Positions 10,111 through 22,300 of a DNA stretch of 64,000 bases are shown one piece after another. Within the stretch, counting starts at the first letter, position 1. Every line of letters starts with the position of its first letter. This stretch comes from Azolla caroliniana (taxonomy: Eukaryota; Plantae; Polypodiophyta). The notes beneath the pieces were generated by a model. It was not told the origin of the DNA, did not search any database, and saw nothing but the letters and a program-made list of their open reading frames with translations. Position numbers and translations under genes: made by a program. Where the stretch lies: assembly GCA_043228905.1 (NCBI GenBank), contig JBHGNT010000015.1, positions 8,246,001 to 8,310,000 on the forward strand. Reading direction: 5' to 3'.

Positions 10111-13100
10111 GCCTCATTTTCCCTAGTTACCGGCTCGCCTTCTCTGCCGTCTTGGTGGTTTCCGTTTCCCTCACTGGTGTCGGTCCTCTGCTCAAATGGG
10201 TTCTTAGGCATCGGTCCTCTATATGGCTTCAACCGGAATCCGTTGACCCATTTGCCTAGCACTTCGCCGGCAAGTGTCCCTAACTGGTAGGACCCATTAT
10301 ACTCCCGTGTTAGCCAATACGGTCCAGTCCATCTAAATCGTAGTTTACCCGGCATCTTGCCCATCCGGGTCTGAAATACTAACACCGGTTTGCCGATTGC
10401 GAACATTTTTTCGTTCCTTTTCCTGTGTCGGTCGACAGATGCTTTTCGTCGCCATTGCTCCAATTCTAAGTGCAGGATGCTAGCCAGTCGTTGTTCCTCG
10501 AGTTCACACAACATTGTCAACCGTATTGCCTCCGACTCCTTCTCATTCAGCCGTTCCCGTAGCTGGATCCGTAAGCTGGGTACTTGGAATTCCACCGGCA
10601 TTACCGCCTCTAGTCCGAACGCTAACCGGAACGGTGTTGTTCGGATGCCCGTCTTGTATGCCGTCCGGTATGCCCAAAGCGCGCTATGTAGCTTTGTATC
10701 CCAATCCGTTCGGTTTTTGTTGACGATCTTCCAGAGGATATTCTAGAGCGTCTTGTTCGTTGATTCCGCTAAACCGTTCGCTTGTGGATAGTAAGGTGTG
10801 CTCCGTTTGTGGACAACGGCATAGAATGTCGTCAGGCTTTCCACTACTTGACCGAGAAAGTGCCCCCCTTGGTCGCTTATTAATTCAATTGGGCATCCGT
10901 AACGGCACCAGATGTACTCATATAGAAACTTCGTCGTTGACGCAGCGGTGTTGTCCCTTAATGCTTTGGCCTCCACCCATTTCGTGCAGTAATCCGTCGC
11001 GACGATGACGTATCGATTACCCGTTCTCATTGCCGGTGGCTTGAACGGTCCCACAAAGTCCAGCCCCCACTTCTGGAATGGCTCGAGTGGTAGTACCGGC
11101 TGGTGTGGCATACGAGCCTGCTCCGTTGGCTGGCCCATTCTCTGGCATAGGTCACATTCTTTTGCGTATCGTACCGCATCTCTTAATGTCGTTGGCCACC
11201 ATAGGCCACTTTGCCATATTTTCCTGGCCGTCGCATCTCCGGCATAGTGACCTCCGGCAACTCCGTAGTGAGCTTCCCTCAGTATCAGTTCCTTTTCATC
11301 GCTGCGCACCGCCCGTCTCCATATGCCGTCCGCGCCCTTGTAGTAAAGTGTGTCTTGCAGTAAGCAAAAATGTCGGCTTTGCACCGCCAGGCGTTTCCGT
11401 TCGTCCCGGTTCATCTCCTCTGGAGGCAGTCCTGTGCTCAGAAACTGGTGCTCAGAAACTCGACACCAAGTAAAGGAGTGCCGAATGATCTACGTGGAAG
11501 GAAAACTTCCTTCCCAATAAATAATGCCGAAACTTTGTCACACTGTAGATCATCCCTAGAGCTTCTCGTTCCGTGGTAGAGTAGTTCTATTCTGCTTGGG
11601 ATAGCTCCGGCTGGCATAATACACTGGCCGGTACCATTTTGGCTCCGTAAGCTGCATAAGTACGCTTCCGATTGCGATGTCGGAGGCATCCACGAACACG
11701 TGAAATTCTTTACTCCAATCCGGAGGCTGCACTACCGATGCCTGCGACAATAGTACCTTGAGGGCCCTATACGCCCTATCCTCGGTGTCGGTCCACTGGA
11801 ATGGTGTCCGATGTACGGCGGCATGCAACGGTGTAGCTAGGTCAACCAAGTATCAGAGCATCCGGCTGTGCCACCGGATTTGGCCTAAGAACCAGCTTAA
11901 TGCCTTTGCCGTTGCCGGCGCCGGTGCTTCTAATATGGCTTTCACTTTGTCCAGGTCGACTGCAATACCTTCCTAGCTCACAATATGTCCTAATAGAGTT
12001 CCACTGGACACGCCAAATACACATTTTGCCGGATTCAAGCTTAGCCGGTACGCTCTACACTTTTCAAGACAAAGGCGGAGGTGCTGAAAATGGTCCTCCT
12101 CCCGGCTATAGACGGCGAAATCGTCAAGGAAAACCTGCATAAAAGCCGGAATATATTCACCGAAGATTTCCATGATGATTCGTTGAAATGTTGCCGGTGC
12201 CGTTTTGAGTCCGAACATCATCACCACGGCCACAAACACCCCCCATTCGGTGACGAAAGCCGTTTTCTCTTGGTCGTTGGGGTGCATCCGGATCTGATTA
12301 TACCCGCTGAATCCGTCTAGGAAACTATAGATCTCATGGCCGGCGACAGCATCCAACACTCCATCTGTGAACGGAAGTGGAAACGCATCCGTTACCGTAG
12401 CTGCATTGAGTTTCTGGTAGTCCACACAAACTCGAATTTTCCCGTTTTTCTTCGGTACGACTACGATCGGGCTCAGCCATGTCGCTTTCTTTACCGGACG
12501 GATAAAGCCAACTCTTAGTAGTTTGTCGATTTCCTCCTTGACCTTGGTGGCATAATTGGGATTCATCCAGTACCGTCTTTGTGCCACTGGTTTTGCGTCC
12601 TTGCTCAAGTGCACCTGATGCTGGTATAACTGGGGGTCGAGTCCTCGCATATCTTCGTATGACCAAGCGAACACATCGCGAAATTCTGTGAGAAGTGTGA
12701 TCATCGCCGTTATGTCCTCGGCCTTCATCTCCTTGGCGATGTGCACCGGTTTTGCTTCGTTCGTGGTCCCTAGGTTCACCTCTTCCAGTTGCGACGCTTT
12801 TACGCGTTGTGAAATGGCCATTTCCCGTTCCAACGCTTCCTACGCTTGCCGTAACTCTCGGATTGCGTCTTTATCCAGTTCTGCTTCAGCCTCTTCCAGT
12901 TGCGGTAAGTATGGTGCTACTGCTTCGGCAATGTCAATTTCGAAGAGGGGTATGATCTTCGGGTTTTCCTGCAGGTACTGAGCTTCTTCTTCGTCAGCTA
13001 ACCCTTCTAGCATGTTGACGCATTCCGCATACAACGGTGTACATTCCTTGCCAATGCTCGTCCTTGGCTGTGTTGGTACCCATACCTTGGCTTTTCCTCG

Positions 13101-13900
13101 CCAGAAGGTGATTATATTTTTCCTCCAATTCTGTTTGATATGTGCCGTTTTCAACCATGGCCGCCCCAGTAATAGCGGGTATGCGCCTTGTGCCTGTAAT
13201 TGTAGCACTACTGCCGAGATGTGAAATGTATGCCCGCCAACAGTGACTTCTAATTTCCGTATTAATCCTGTCGGCCGCACTGAGCTTGTATCGGCCATCT
13301 GCAACCAGAACGGACACGGCTCCCACTCGTGGATTCCTAGGGCATCACACGTCCGGAGGCTTATTACATTCACCCCAGAGCCTCCGTCTATAACTGTGTC
13401 AGGGAGTTCTTTCCCTTTTACAATGGCAGTGATTACCGGACTGCTGGTGTCCACCACCATTGGTCCCTCCTCCGGATTCAAGAAGAGTACCGGTGTCGAT
13501 GATGGTTCTCCTGCCGCCATGGCCGTTTTCAGTCCTTCCGTGAATCTTGGCACGAGTTGTAGGAGTCTTCCTAGTGGCAACGTAATCTGGCATTCTTGCA
13601 ACGCCTGCCATGTCTCGTTCTCGGAGTGACTACTGCCGGCAAGCCCTACGGTGTTCTCCTTTTGCCGCTGTAAGTCTGTGACATTCTGCTCGTTTGCTTT
13701 CTTTACCCATTCCGTTGCTTGTTTCCGGATGGTCTCCTGCGTCTCCCATTCCTTGGCCATGCCCTTCGACCTTGTGGTCACCTGCTGTAGATCTGCCACC
13801 TCAGGGACTACCATGTTTACCGCCGGTCGTTTTTCATAGCTCTTCACCGGGCATTGGTTACTATAATGGCCTTCCTATCGGCAGTAGTAGCAGTAGGCTT
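10110..13900 (-). pseudogene. pol of A (protease, RT, partly deleted RNase H, integrase with GPY module)
   Basis: IDGGSGVN and LLLGRPW (protease); FLDDF (RT); VDASD (RNase H); ISDQG and QANGLAE (integrase); RWTGPY. Confidence 0.92.
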
Positions 13901-15632
13901 TCCGGGTATTGCTAGATTCGGCATTGTCTGTTGTACCCGGGGCAAGTCCTGCGGTACGCGCGGGGTTTTGTACCGATTGGCTGCTTGGAGCTCCTTGTTC
14001 CGGATCCCGGGGGTAGCCGCCTTTTTTAAAATGCCGTTTTTTGTTATAGCTCTTCTTATTACGGTACTCTTGACGGGGTTGCCCGTTATATCTGTCGTAT
14101 TCCTCCTGTAGCTGACGATACCAAGGGAGTGCTCCCGGTCGTAATGTTCGTATCGTCTATTGTAATCCCGGTACCGACCATGCCGGTCATAGTTATCCCG
14201 CCGATCATTGTACCAGACATCATTCTCCCGTCGATCGCCATACCAGACATCCTGTGCCGGTCGGTCGCGGTCCATTCGCCGCCAACGTTCCTCTTCTTCA
14301 TCCTGGCTGTTGCGTGGCTCAATTTGTCGGACGGGCGGTGCTTGCCGGTTCAACAAATTATACTCGCACCTATCCGTCGTATGGCTCTTGGATTGACAGA
14401 TTACACATTGCATCCTCATAGTGCATTCTAAAGCCGAGTGTCTGGAATTCAAGCAGGTTGTGCACTGTATTGCTTGCCGAAACTGGAGGTCTTCATCGGA
14501 CGGTAACGCCCGTTGGAGTGCTCCCAGTGTGAGCCAGGAGCTTGTCTTTTCCATCTCTCTCACCCGGTCAATGACCTGGTCGATGGTACTTGTGCGGAAG
14601 TCGATTACCATGCAAACCGTGCGTAGGGGTTCCCAGAGCGCGTTTAGCAATATAGTCTGTAATTCCTCCTCCGGGGGTGCGCGGGCAAGCTGACTATGCA
14701 TCCGTTGAAACCGGATGACAAATTGGGGAATGCTCTCCCCTGCCTCCTGTTGGATGGTATAAAATAAGCCTACCATTACAGTCTGGTCCACCTCCTTTTG
14801 AAAAAAAATGCAAGAATTTAGCTTTTAAATCTGCAAAGGTGTTGATGGTCGACGGGTCCTGCGTCCGGCGCCATCGTGCTGCCGGTCCCTCCAATGTGAC
14901 GCCAAATTCCGCTATCTTAGAGCGTTCTTCTTCATCCGGGGTCAATCGCTGGGACACATGGTTGGCTTCCCATGTCTGTTCAAAGGCATGCACATGAGCT
15001 TCCGCGTCTGGATCATCTCTATACTTAGAGTACTGGAACGACATGTCGTCGTCCGGTATCGGTGCGCGGGCTGGCAGTGTTGGTGCTCATTCCGGAATTT
15101 TCTCCGGCATCGGTGGTCTTTCCCGATTTGTTTCCGGCGTCGGTGGTGTTTCCTCTTCTTTTGGTGACGGAGGCCTCTCCTCTTCGACTTCCGGTGTCGG
15201 AGGTCGCTCTTCCTCTGCTGGTTCCGGGGGTTCCAGCGTTAGCACTTCCGGTTCCAGTGTCGGTAAGGTATCCGATCCTTCGTCCTCTGGTCTGCCCGGG
15301 GTTTCGTTGCTGCTACGGTAGTTCGTGTGCACGTTGTATTCCCCTTCGGAGTCCGATTCATATGCTGAAAAGGCCTCTGCTTCGCCTTCTTCGTTTGCCA
15401 ACGCGTGGAGAAGGGATTCGGTTTCCCGGAGGCTGCTTAGGCTGCTACCGTCGTCCGGGTGCGATGTTTGTTGTAACCAGAGGGAGTCCTCCGCTACTCT
15501 CCGGATTACGTTGGAAAACGAGCGATCCGCCCTAATTTCCTGCGCCGCTTGCTGGAAAGCCTCGCGTCTCCTTTGCCTTTCGGCAAGGCGTCGAGTTCGA
15601 TCTGTAACCAGGTCGTGCGTTGATCTAGACAT
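13850..15632 (-). pseudogene. gag of A with three zinc knuckles (frameshifted)
   Basis: ATG at 15632 (MSRSTHD); Pro/Glu-rich N-terminus; gag core; CTTCLNSRHSALEC, CVICQSKSHTTDRC and a third CYYC..GHYSNQC. Confidence 0.85.
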
Positions 15633-15668
15633 CCATCTGTGTCGTCGTTCGCTGCAAAAGCAGGAATC

Positions 15669-15678
15669 GTGGTCGCCA
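15669..15678 (-). other. Primer-binding site of A (tRNA-Arg type, probably UCG)
   Basis: TGGCGACCAC lies 7 nt inside the 5' LTR; TGGCGACCA occurs at the same spacing in B (18849-18857). Confidence 0.8.
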
Positions 15679-15685
15679 AAAACTA

Positions 15686-16120
15686 TGTTAACTCTTAGGG
15701 CCGGACAATGGCCTAACACAGGGTGTCTACGGAAGACACTTCACCAAAGGGTGTTACGGCAACCGGATTAGACTCAACACTTACTCCGACTTAATTAAGT
15801 TACTAAGCATGATCGTCTTTCATAATCACACGCGTAAGATATAACAATTAAGACAGAACGGCAATTAACACAGAGAGATAACAACGCTAAGCTTTCATTA
15901 ATTAACCGCTATTGATTACATTGTATCCGGGCCTTTAAATAGGTTTCCGGTCTGTATTACAAAACGGTGCCATCCGCACCTGTTCGGGATCGGTCCGGAT
16001 CCGGAACGGCATACCGATTCCGGTTCGTCCGTCCACACTCATAGCTTAATTACAACCACATTCCTATTACTTAAATAACTCTCCATTTCCCACTCTGGAC
16101 TCCTTTGTCGGCCGGTAACA
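15686..16120 (-). repeat. 5' LTR of element A
   Basis: Direct repeat of 7176-7610; followed by the PBS and gag on the minus strand. Confidence 0.95.
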
Positions 16121-18864
16121 GCAGTAAGTAGGGTGATACCGCTTCCGCGACGTCAATTTCGAATAGGGGTACAATCTTCGGGTTTTCTAGCAACTACTGA
16201 TCTTCTTCTTCGTCTGCTAATCCTTCTAGCATATTGACACACTCCGCATATAATGGTGTCAAATTCTTGCCGGTGCCCTTCCTTGGTTGTGTTGGTACCC
16301 GTACCTTCGCTTTTCCCCGCCGGAACGCAATCATATTCCTCCTCCAATTCTGCTTGATATGTGCCGTCTTTAACCAAGGGCGTCCCAACAATAATGGGTA
16401 CGCTCCTTCAGCCTGCAACTGGAGAACTACGGCTGAAATTCAGAATGTGTGGCCCCCGATAGTTACTTCCAAGTTCCGTATTAAACCTGTCGGTCGCACC
16501 GAGTTTGCGTCCGCCATTCGGAGCCAGAACGGACATGGATCCCACTCTTGGATTCCAAGAGCATCACAAGTCCGGAGGCTTATTACATTAACATCGGAGC
16601 CTTCGTCTATTATCGTGCAGGGGAGTTCTTTCCCTTTCACAATGGCCGTAATTGTTGGACTGCTGGTGTCCACCACCGCCGGTCCCTCCTCCGGATTTGA
16701 GAAGAATGCAGGAGCCGGTGGTGTTCCACCTGTCGTCATGCCTTCCTTGAGTTCTTCTGTGAATCTTGGTACTAGCTGCAAGAGTCGTCCTAACGGCAAC
16801 GTGATCTGGCATTCCTGCAAAATACTTGTCATGTCGCGTTTTCGAACTGACTACCGTCGGCGAGCTCTTCGGTGTTCTCCTTCTATTGCGCGAGTTCTGC
16901 TACGTTTTGCTCATTGGCCTTTTTCAACCATTCTGTTGCCTGTTTCCGGATTGCCTCTTGTGTCTCCCATTCCGTAGTCTTCCCCTGCGACCTTGTGGTG
17001 ACCTGCTGGAGGTCTGCGACTTCGGCGACTACCATGTTTACTGCCGATCGCTTATCATAGCTCTTTGCCGGACATTGATTACTATGATGTCCTTCCTCCC
17101 GGCAGTAATAGCAATATGCTTTCCGGGTGTTGGTGGATTCGGCATTCTTTCCTGTACCCGGTGGAGGACTTGTGGTAACCGCGGGGTGCTAGTCTGGTTG
17201 GCTGCGTGAGGCGCCTTTTTCCAATTCACGTGGGTGGGTCCCGTTTTTTATTAAAGTTCTTTTTATTGCGGTACCCTTGCCTGGGTTGGTCATCATACCT
17301 CCCGTAATCTTCCCGTCGTTGGTGATACCCGGGGGAGTGATCCCGGTTGTGATGCTGGTACCGTCCATTGTAATCTCGGTACTTGTCGTATCTCTTGTAC
17401 CGGTCGTAGTTGTCTCGCCGATTGTTGTACCAGACATCTTGTGGCGGTCGATATCACTCCTCTCGTCGCCGGCGTTTGTCTTCTTCGTCTTGGCTACTAC
17501 GTGGCTCGATTTGCCAGACTAGTGGAGCTTGCCGATTCAAAAACTTATATTCGCACTGGTCCATCGTGTGGCTCGTAGATTGGCAGAGTAAGCAGTGCGT
17601 CCGCATGGTGCACTCCAGTGACGAGTGTCCGGAATTCAAGCAGGTCGTGCATTGGATTGCTTACCGGAAACGGAGATCCTCATCGGTTGGTAATGTTCAT
17701 TGGAGGGCTCCCATTGTTAGCCATGAGCTCGTTTTTTCCATTTCTCTAACCCGGTCGATGACCTGGTCGACGGTGCTTGTGCGAAAGTCAATGACCGTGC
17801 ATACCATTCGTAGTGGTTCCCGGAGCGCGGCTAAAAATATAGCCCGCGTTTCCTCCTCCAGAGGTGCGCGGGTAAGCTAATTGTGCATCCATTGAAACCG
17901 GATGACAAACTGTGGGATGCTCTCGTCGGGGTCCTGCCGAATTGTATAAAATAAGCCCACCATTTCTCGCTGATCCACCTCCTTTTGGAAGAAGTGCAAG
18001 AATTTGTCTTTCAGGTCCGCAAAGGTGGTGATGGTGCTGCGATCCTGGGTCCGGTGCCATCTGGCAGTCGGTCCTTCTAATGTCACGCTAAATTCGGCTA
18101 TCTTAGATCGTTCCTCTTCTGCCGCGATTAACCGTTGTGACACATGGTTTGCTTCCCATGTTTGTTTAAACGCGTGAACATGAGCCTCCGCGTCCGGGTC
18201 ATCCCGATACTTGGAGTACTGGAACGGCATATCGTCGTCTGGTGTCGGTACACGGGTTGGCGGTGTCGGTGGTCTTTCCTGTTGTTCCGTCGGCGTCTAA
18301 GGTCTTAGTCAGTCTTCCTTTGGTGTTGCCGGCTCGACTTCCGATGTTGGAGGTTTTTGCCGGTGTACTTCCGTCTCCGGAGGTTGCTCCACGACGAGTG
18401 CCGGAGGTTCTTGGTCTGCCAACTCTGGTTCCGGTGTCAGTAAAGTATCGGACTCCTCGTCCTCCGGTCCTCCTAGGGTGTCGTTACTGCTGCGATAGTT
18501 CGTATGTGTGTTGTAACCCCCTTCTGAATCCGATTCCAGCGCTGAAAATGCTATGGATTCGCCGTCTCTTCCGGCCAAGGCCTGGAGAAGGGATTCTGCT
18601 TCCCGGAGGCTGCTTAAGCTGCTTCTTTCGTCCGGGTAGGCGTTTTGTTGCAGACGGAGCGACTCCTCCGCCACTTTCCGGATCACTTTGGAAGATGATC
18701 GATCCGTTCGGATTTCTTCCGCTACTTGCTGGAAAGCTTCTCGCCGTCGTCTCCGTTCAGCAAGTCTTCGTGCTCTCTCCGTAACTGGGTCGTCTGTTGG
18801 CCTAGTCATCCATTCCTGCCGTTGTTCACTGCGATAATGCAGGAATCATGGTCGCCAAAAACTG

Positions 18865-19326
18865 TGTTATTGCTAGGGCCGGACAACAGCCTAACACAGG
18901 GTGTCCACTTAAGACACGTCACCAAAGGGTGGTACGGCAGAATGACTTACGGCACAACGCTTACTTAGACCTTAATCGATTACTTAGCCATTCGTAATTA
19001 ACACGCGTAAGATATAACAATGAATACATAACGGTAATCAACATTGGAAGATTAAGACAATAAGCTTTATTAATTATCCACTCCTGATTACATTGTAACC
19101 GGGCCTTTATATAGGTCTCCGGTGCGAAATACAAAACGGTGCCAACCGGCACATTTACGGAATCGTTCCGAATCCGGATCGGCATACCGATTCCGGTCCG
19201 TCCGTCCACATCTTCTTATATAATAATATGTATATATTAAGACTACTAATTACAACAGTTCTCGAATAACTATTCCTTTCACACTCTGGTTTGGACCTCC
19301 TTAAGCCTTCTTGCCGGCCAGTAACA
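18865..19326 (-). repeat. 5' LTR of element B
   Basis: TGTTA...TAACA termini; homologous to the A LTRs; adjacent PBS. Confidence 0.88.
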
Positions 19327-22300
19327 TGGACGATACGGTCGGGCCGGACGGATGCCGGAGGTTCGTTGTGAACCACATCAACGACTGCGAGAAGGTGCTA
19401 CAGAGGCTCGAGAGCGCGCGACTCACCTTCTCCGGAGAGAAATCAGCGTTCGAGTAGACGGAGATCTTGGTATTCGGACACATGTGCGGGCCCTATGGCC
19501 GGAAACCGTCCTCGGCAAAGGTAGAAGCCATCTTAGTGATAAAGGACGATTGCGGGTCAGTTACCGATGTCCGCCGATTTTTGGGTGCGTGCGCATTCTA
19601 CCACATCTGGATTCTGCACTACGCACATGTTGCGGAACTGCTCTACGGGCTATTGAAGAAAGGGCGTAGGTTTGAGTGGAGGACGGAGCACACGGAGGTG
19701 GTCCGGAGACTAAAAGAGGCGCTCGCCGCGGCACCGGCTCTCCGGAAAGCAGTTTACGGCAAGGAAGTCCCCATCTACGTGACGGTGGACACGAGCCCGA
19801 CCAGGATCGGGTGGGTGATCAGTCAGGAGGACAAGGACGGTGTACGGTTCCTGATCCGGTTCAAGGTGAAGGTATTGAGCAAGCGGTAGTAAAGATACGC
19901 CCAAGTTAAACGCGAGCTATGGGGTATCGTTTCGGCAGCCAAGGCCGACAAGGACTATTTGATCGGGACGGAAGTGATCATCGAGACGGACTACCTACCG
20001 ATTTTGGGTATGGTCTCCGGATGCGCGACTCCGAACCTAGCGATGCTCAGGTGGATTGCGAACATCAAGTCCTTGAACCCGGAGATACGGCACATCTTCG
20101 GAAAGGATAATGCCATGGCCGATATGCTTTCAAGGGCGAGGTTCAGCAACGAGGACGACATGGTTTCGGATAGCGAGGAAGTCGGCGAAGACTTCTTCAG
20201 GTCAGTTAACGTGGCAACTAGGACGGGGAGCACTCCGGCGCTTAATGAGTTTGACGAGAGAGAATACGACGGGGAGTGACTCCAGATAGGAAGGTTCCTA
20301 CGCACAATGACGTCGGACACGACGTGGACTAGAGAAGAGGCCAATCGACTGCGGAAGAAGGCGTACTGGTTCTTCCTACGAGGAGGACGCATATGGAGGC
20401 ATCCAAAGAAGCGTAGCGGCACCCCATTCCGCGTAGTGGCGAGGGAAGACGAGCAGAGATCGTTGCTTACGGCATATCACGACAGCCCTTGGGCTGGACA
20501 CTGCGGGACATGGGCCACATTTGAGAAGCTGAAGGGGAAGTACTGGTGGCCGGGATGTGCATCGGTTCGTGACGACTTGCGAAAGCTGTCAGATGCACTC
20601 CATAGTCCGACATCGAGACGAGCTTCACCCGACCTACCCTCTGAACATTCACTTCAAGTGGATGGTGGATCTAGTGACAATGCCGATGGGGGTAGGGCAG
20701 ATGCGATATCTGGTGTTGGCTCGGGAGGACCTAACGAACCAGGTGGAAGGTTGAGCGTTGCAGAACAAAACGACCTCGGTCATGTGTCGGTTTCTAATCG
20801 AAGATGTGGTATGCCGGTATTGGTGCGTCGGTAAGATCGTGGCCGACCGCGGGGAATTGGACGCAGAAGAGGCGAAAGAGTTGTTTGACCGGCTAGGGGT
20901 TAAACTCTTGCTCATCACAGCGTACAATCCGGAGGCTAACGGGAAGGTGGAACGCGGACACTGGCCGATCGTCAAAGTGTTAGTACGAGCGTGTGGAGGC
21001 CAAGTCGGGAATTGGCCGCGACTCTTACCCTATGCGTTGTGGGCGGACCGGACGACGCACAGTTCGGTAACGGGGTTCATGCCGGCGGAACTAATGTACG
21101 GGCAGAAGCCGGTCATGCCGGTGGAACGGACGATTTCTTCGTGGGCCGCGGTGGGCTGGAAGAACGAAATGAGTCAGGACGAGTTGTTGGCAGTGCGGAT
21201 CCGTCAACTTGAGCGAAGGCCGGAGGACATGGAACTGGCGAAGGAGAAGCTGCGTGCAGCAAGGGAACTGAACAAAGCCTGGTTCGATAGGACGCACCAG
21301 CTACGATCGAAGAAGATCGAGGAAGGTGACTGGGTGCTGGTTTACGACAACAACCTCGACAACCAGTACAAGGCGGCCCGCAAATTTGCGAGGAGATGGT
21401 TTGGGCCCTACGCGGTGACGAGCACGAACGACAACGGCACGTACCATCTTGCGGAGCTCGACGGGACACGATTGGCGGTGCCAGTAGCCGGGAAGCGGAT
21501 TAAAGCGTTCAAGAAGCGGTACAAAGACAAGCCAGATCAGGGGAGTGATAACGATGACGATCGGTTCGGGGACGCCGATAGTCCAAAGGGGGACAAGTTA
21601 ACGCGAGCCGGTTTTCTCCGGTATCTGTCCCTCTCTGGCGCATACCGGTGGATGCGCGGTTTGGTGGGGGTGGATGTCGTGAAGAAAACTGGCCAGAAGC
21701 GGAATCGGCGAAGCAAGGCGCATGACCCGGGCCTACACTTTCCCACACCAATTGATACCTTGTAAATAACTAAGAGTAGGACGGTGGGAGCAAAGAGACT
21801 ACATGTGACGCATTGAATGTCTAGGAAATCAACGAGTATCTCTGCCTGAAAGGACAGAGAATAAATTGATGAAAACAAGGGTGCAATGGCCTGCCTCGAC
21901 GGCCTATAAAAGGGAAGGAAGAAGGTGGATGAAAAAATCGCGTTTTGGGGAGCGAGGACGAAGTGTTGTCGGACCGGGAGTGAGCTCTCTCCTCCATCGT
22001 TCTTCTTTCTTTGGCAGGACCCATTGAACTCGTGTGTGATCCAGTATGGTCCGGTCCATCTAAACCATAGTTTACCTGGCATTTTGCCTATCCGGGTCTA
22101 GAACACGGGTACCGGCTTGCCGATTCCGAACATCTTTTCGTTTCCCTTCCGGTGCCGATCTACAAATGCTTTCCGTCTCCGTTGTTCCAATTCCAGGTGC
22201 ATAATGCTCGCCAGTCGGTGTTCTTCCAGTTCACACAAAGCTTTAACTGAATTGCCTCCGATTCCTTTTCGTTTAGTCGTTCCCGAATCTGAATCCATAA

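Larger units (their letters stand above)
7176..16120 (-). mobile_element. Full-length non-chromoviral Ty3/Gypsy element A (about 8.9 kb) with extra 3' ORF
   Basis: Two 435-bp TG...CA LTRs; 5-bp TSD GCAGT at 7171-7175 and 16121-16125; gag-PR-RT-RH-INT order. The uninterrupted target sequence is visible in E at about 24835-24860. Confidence 0.96.
4969..19326 (-). mobile_element. Degenerate non-chromoviral Ty3/Gypsy element B, interrupted by A (7176-16120) and D; inserted into the RT of element C
   Basis: 5' LTR 18865-19326; PBS; gag about 17040-18809; protease 16130-17040; RT/RNase H/integrase 4969-7170 with many stops and frameshifts. RT sequence of C resumes at 19327. Confidence 0.88.

Noticed and set aside
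13844-14140. Programmed frameshift in gag of A
   Set aside because: In sister element E the same region stays in one frame into protease apart from a point stop, so this is a decay indel.
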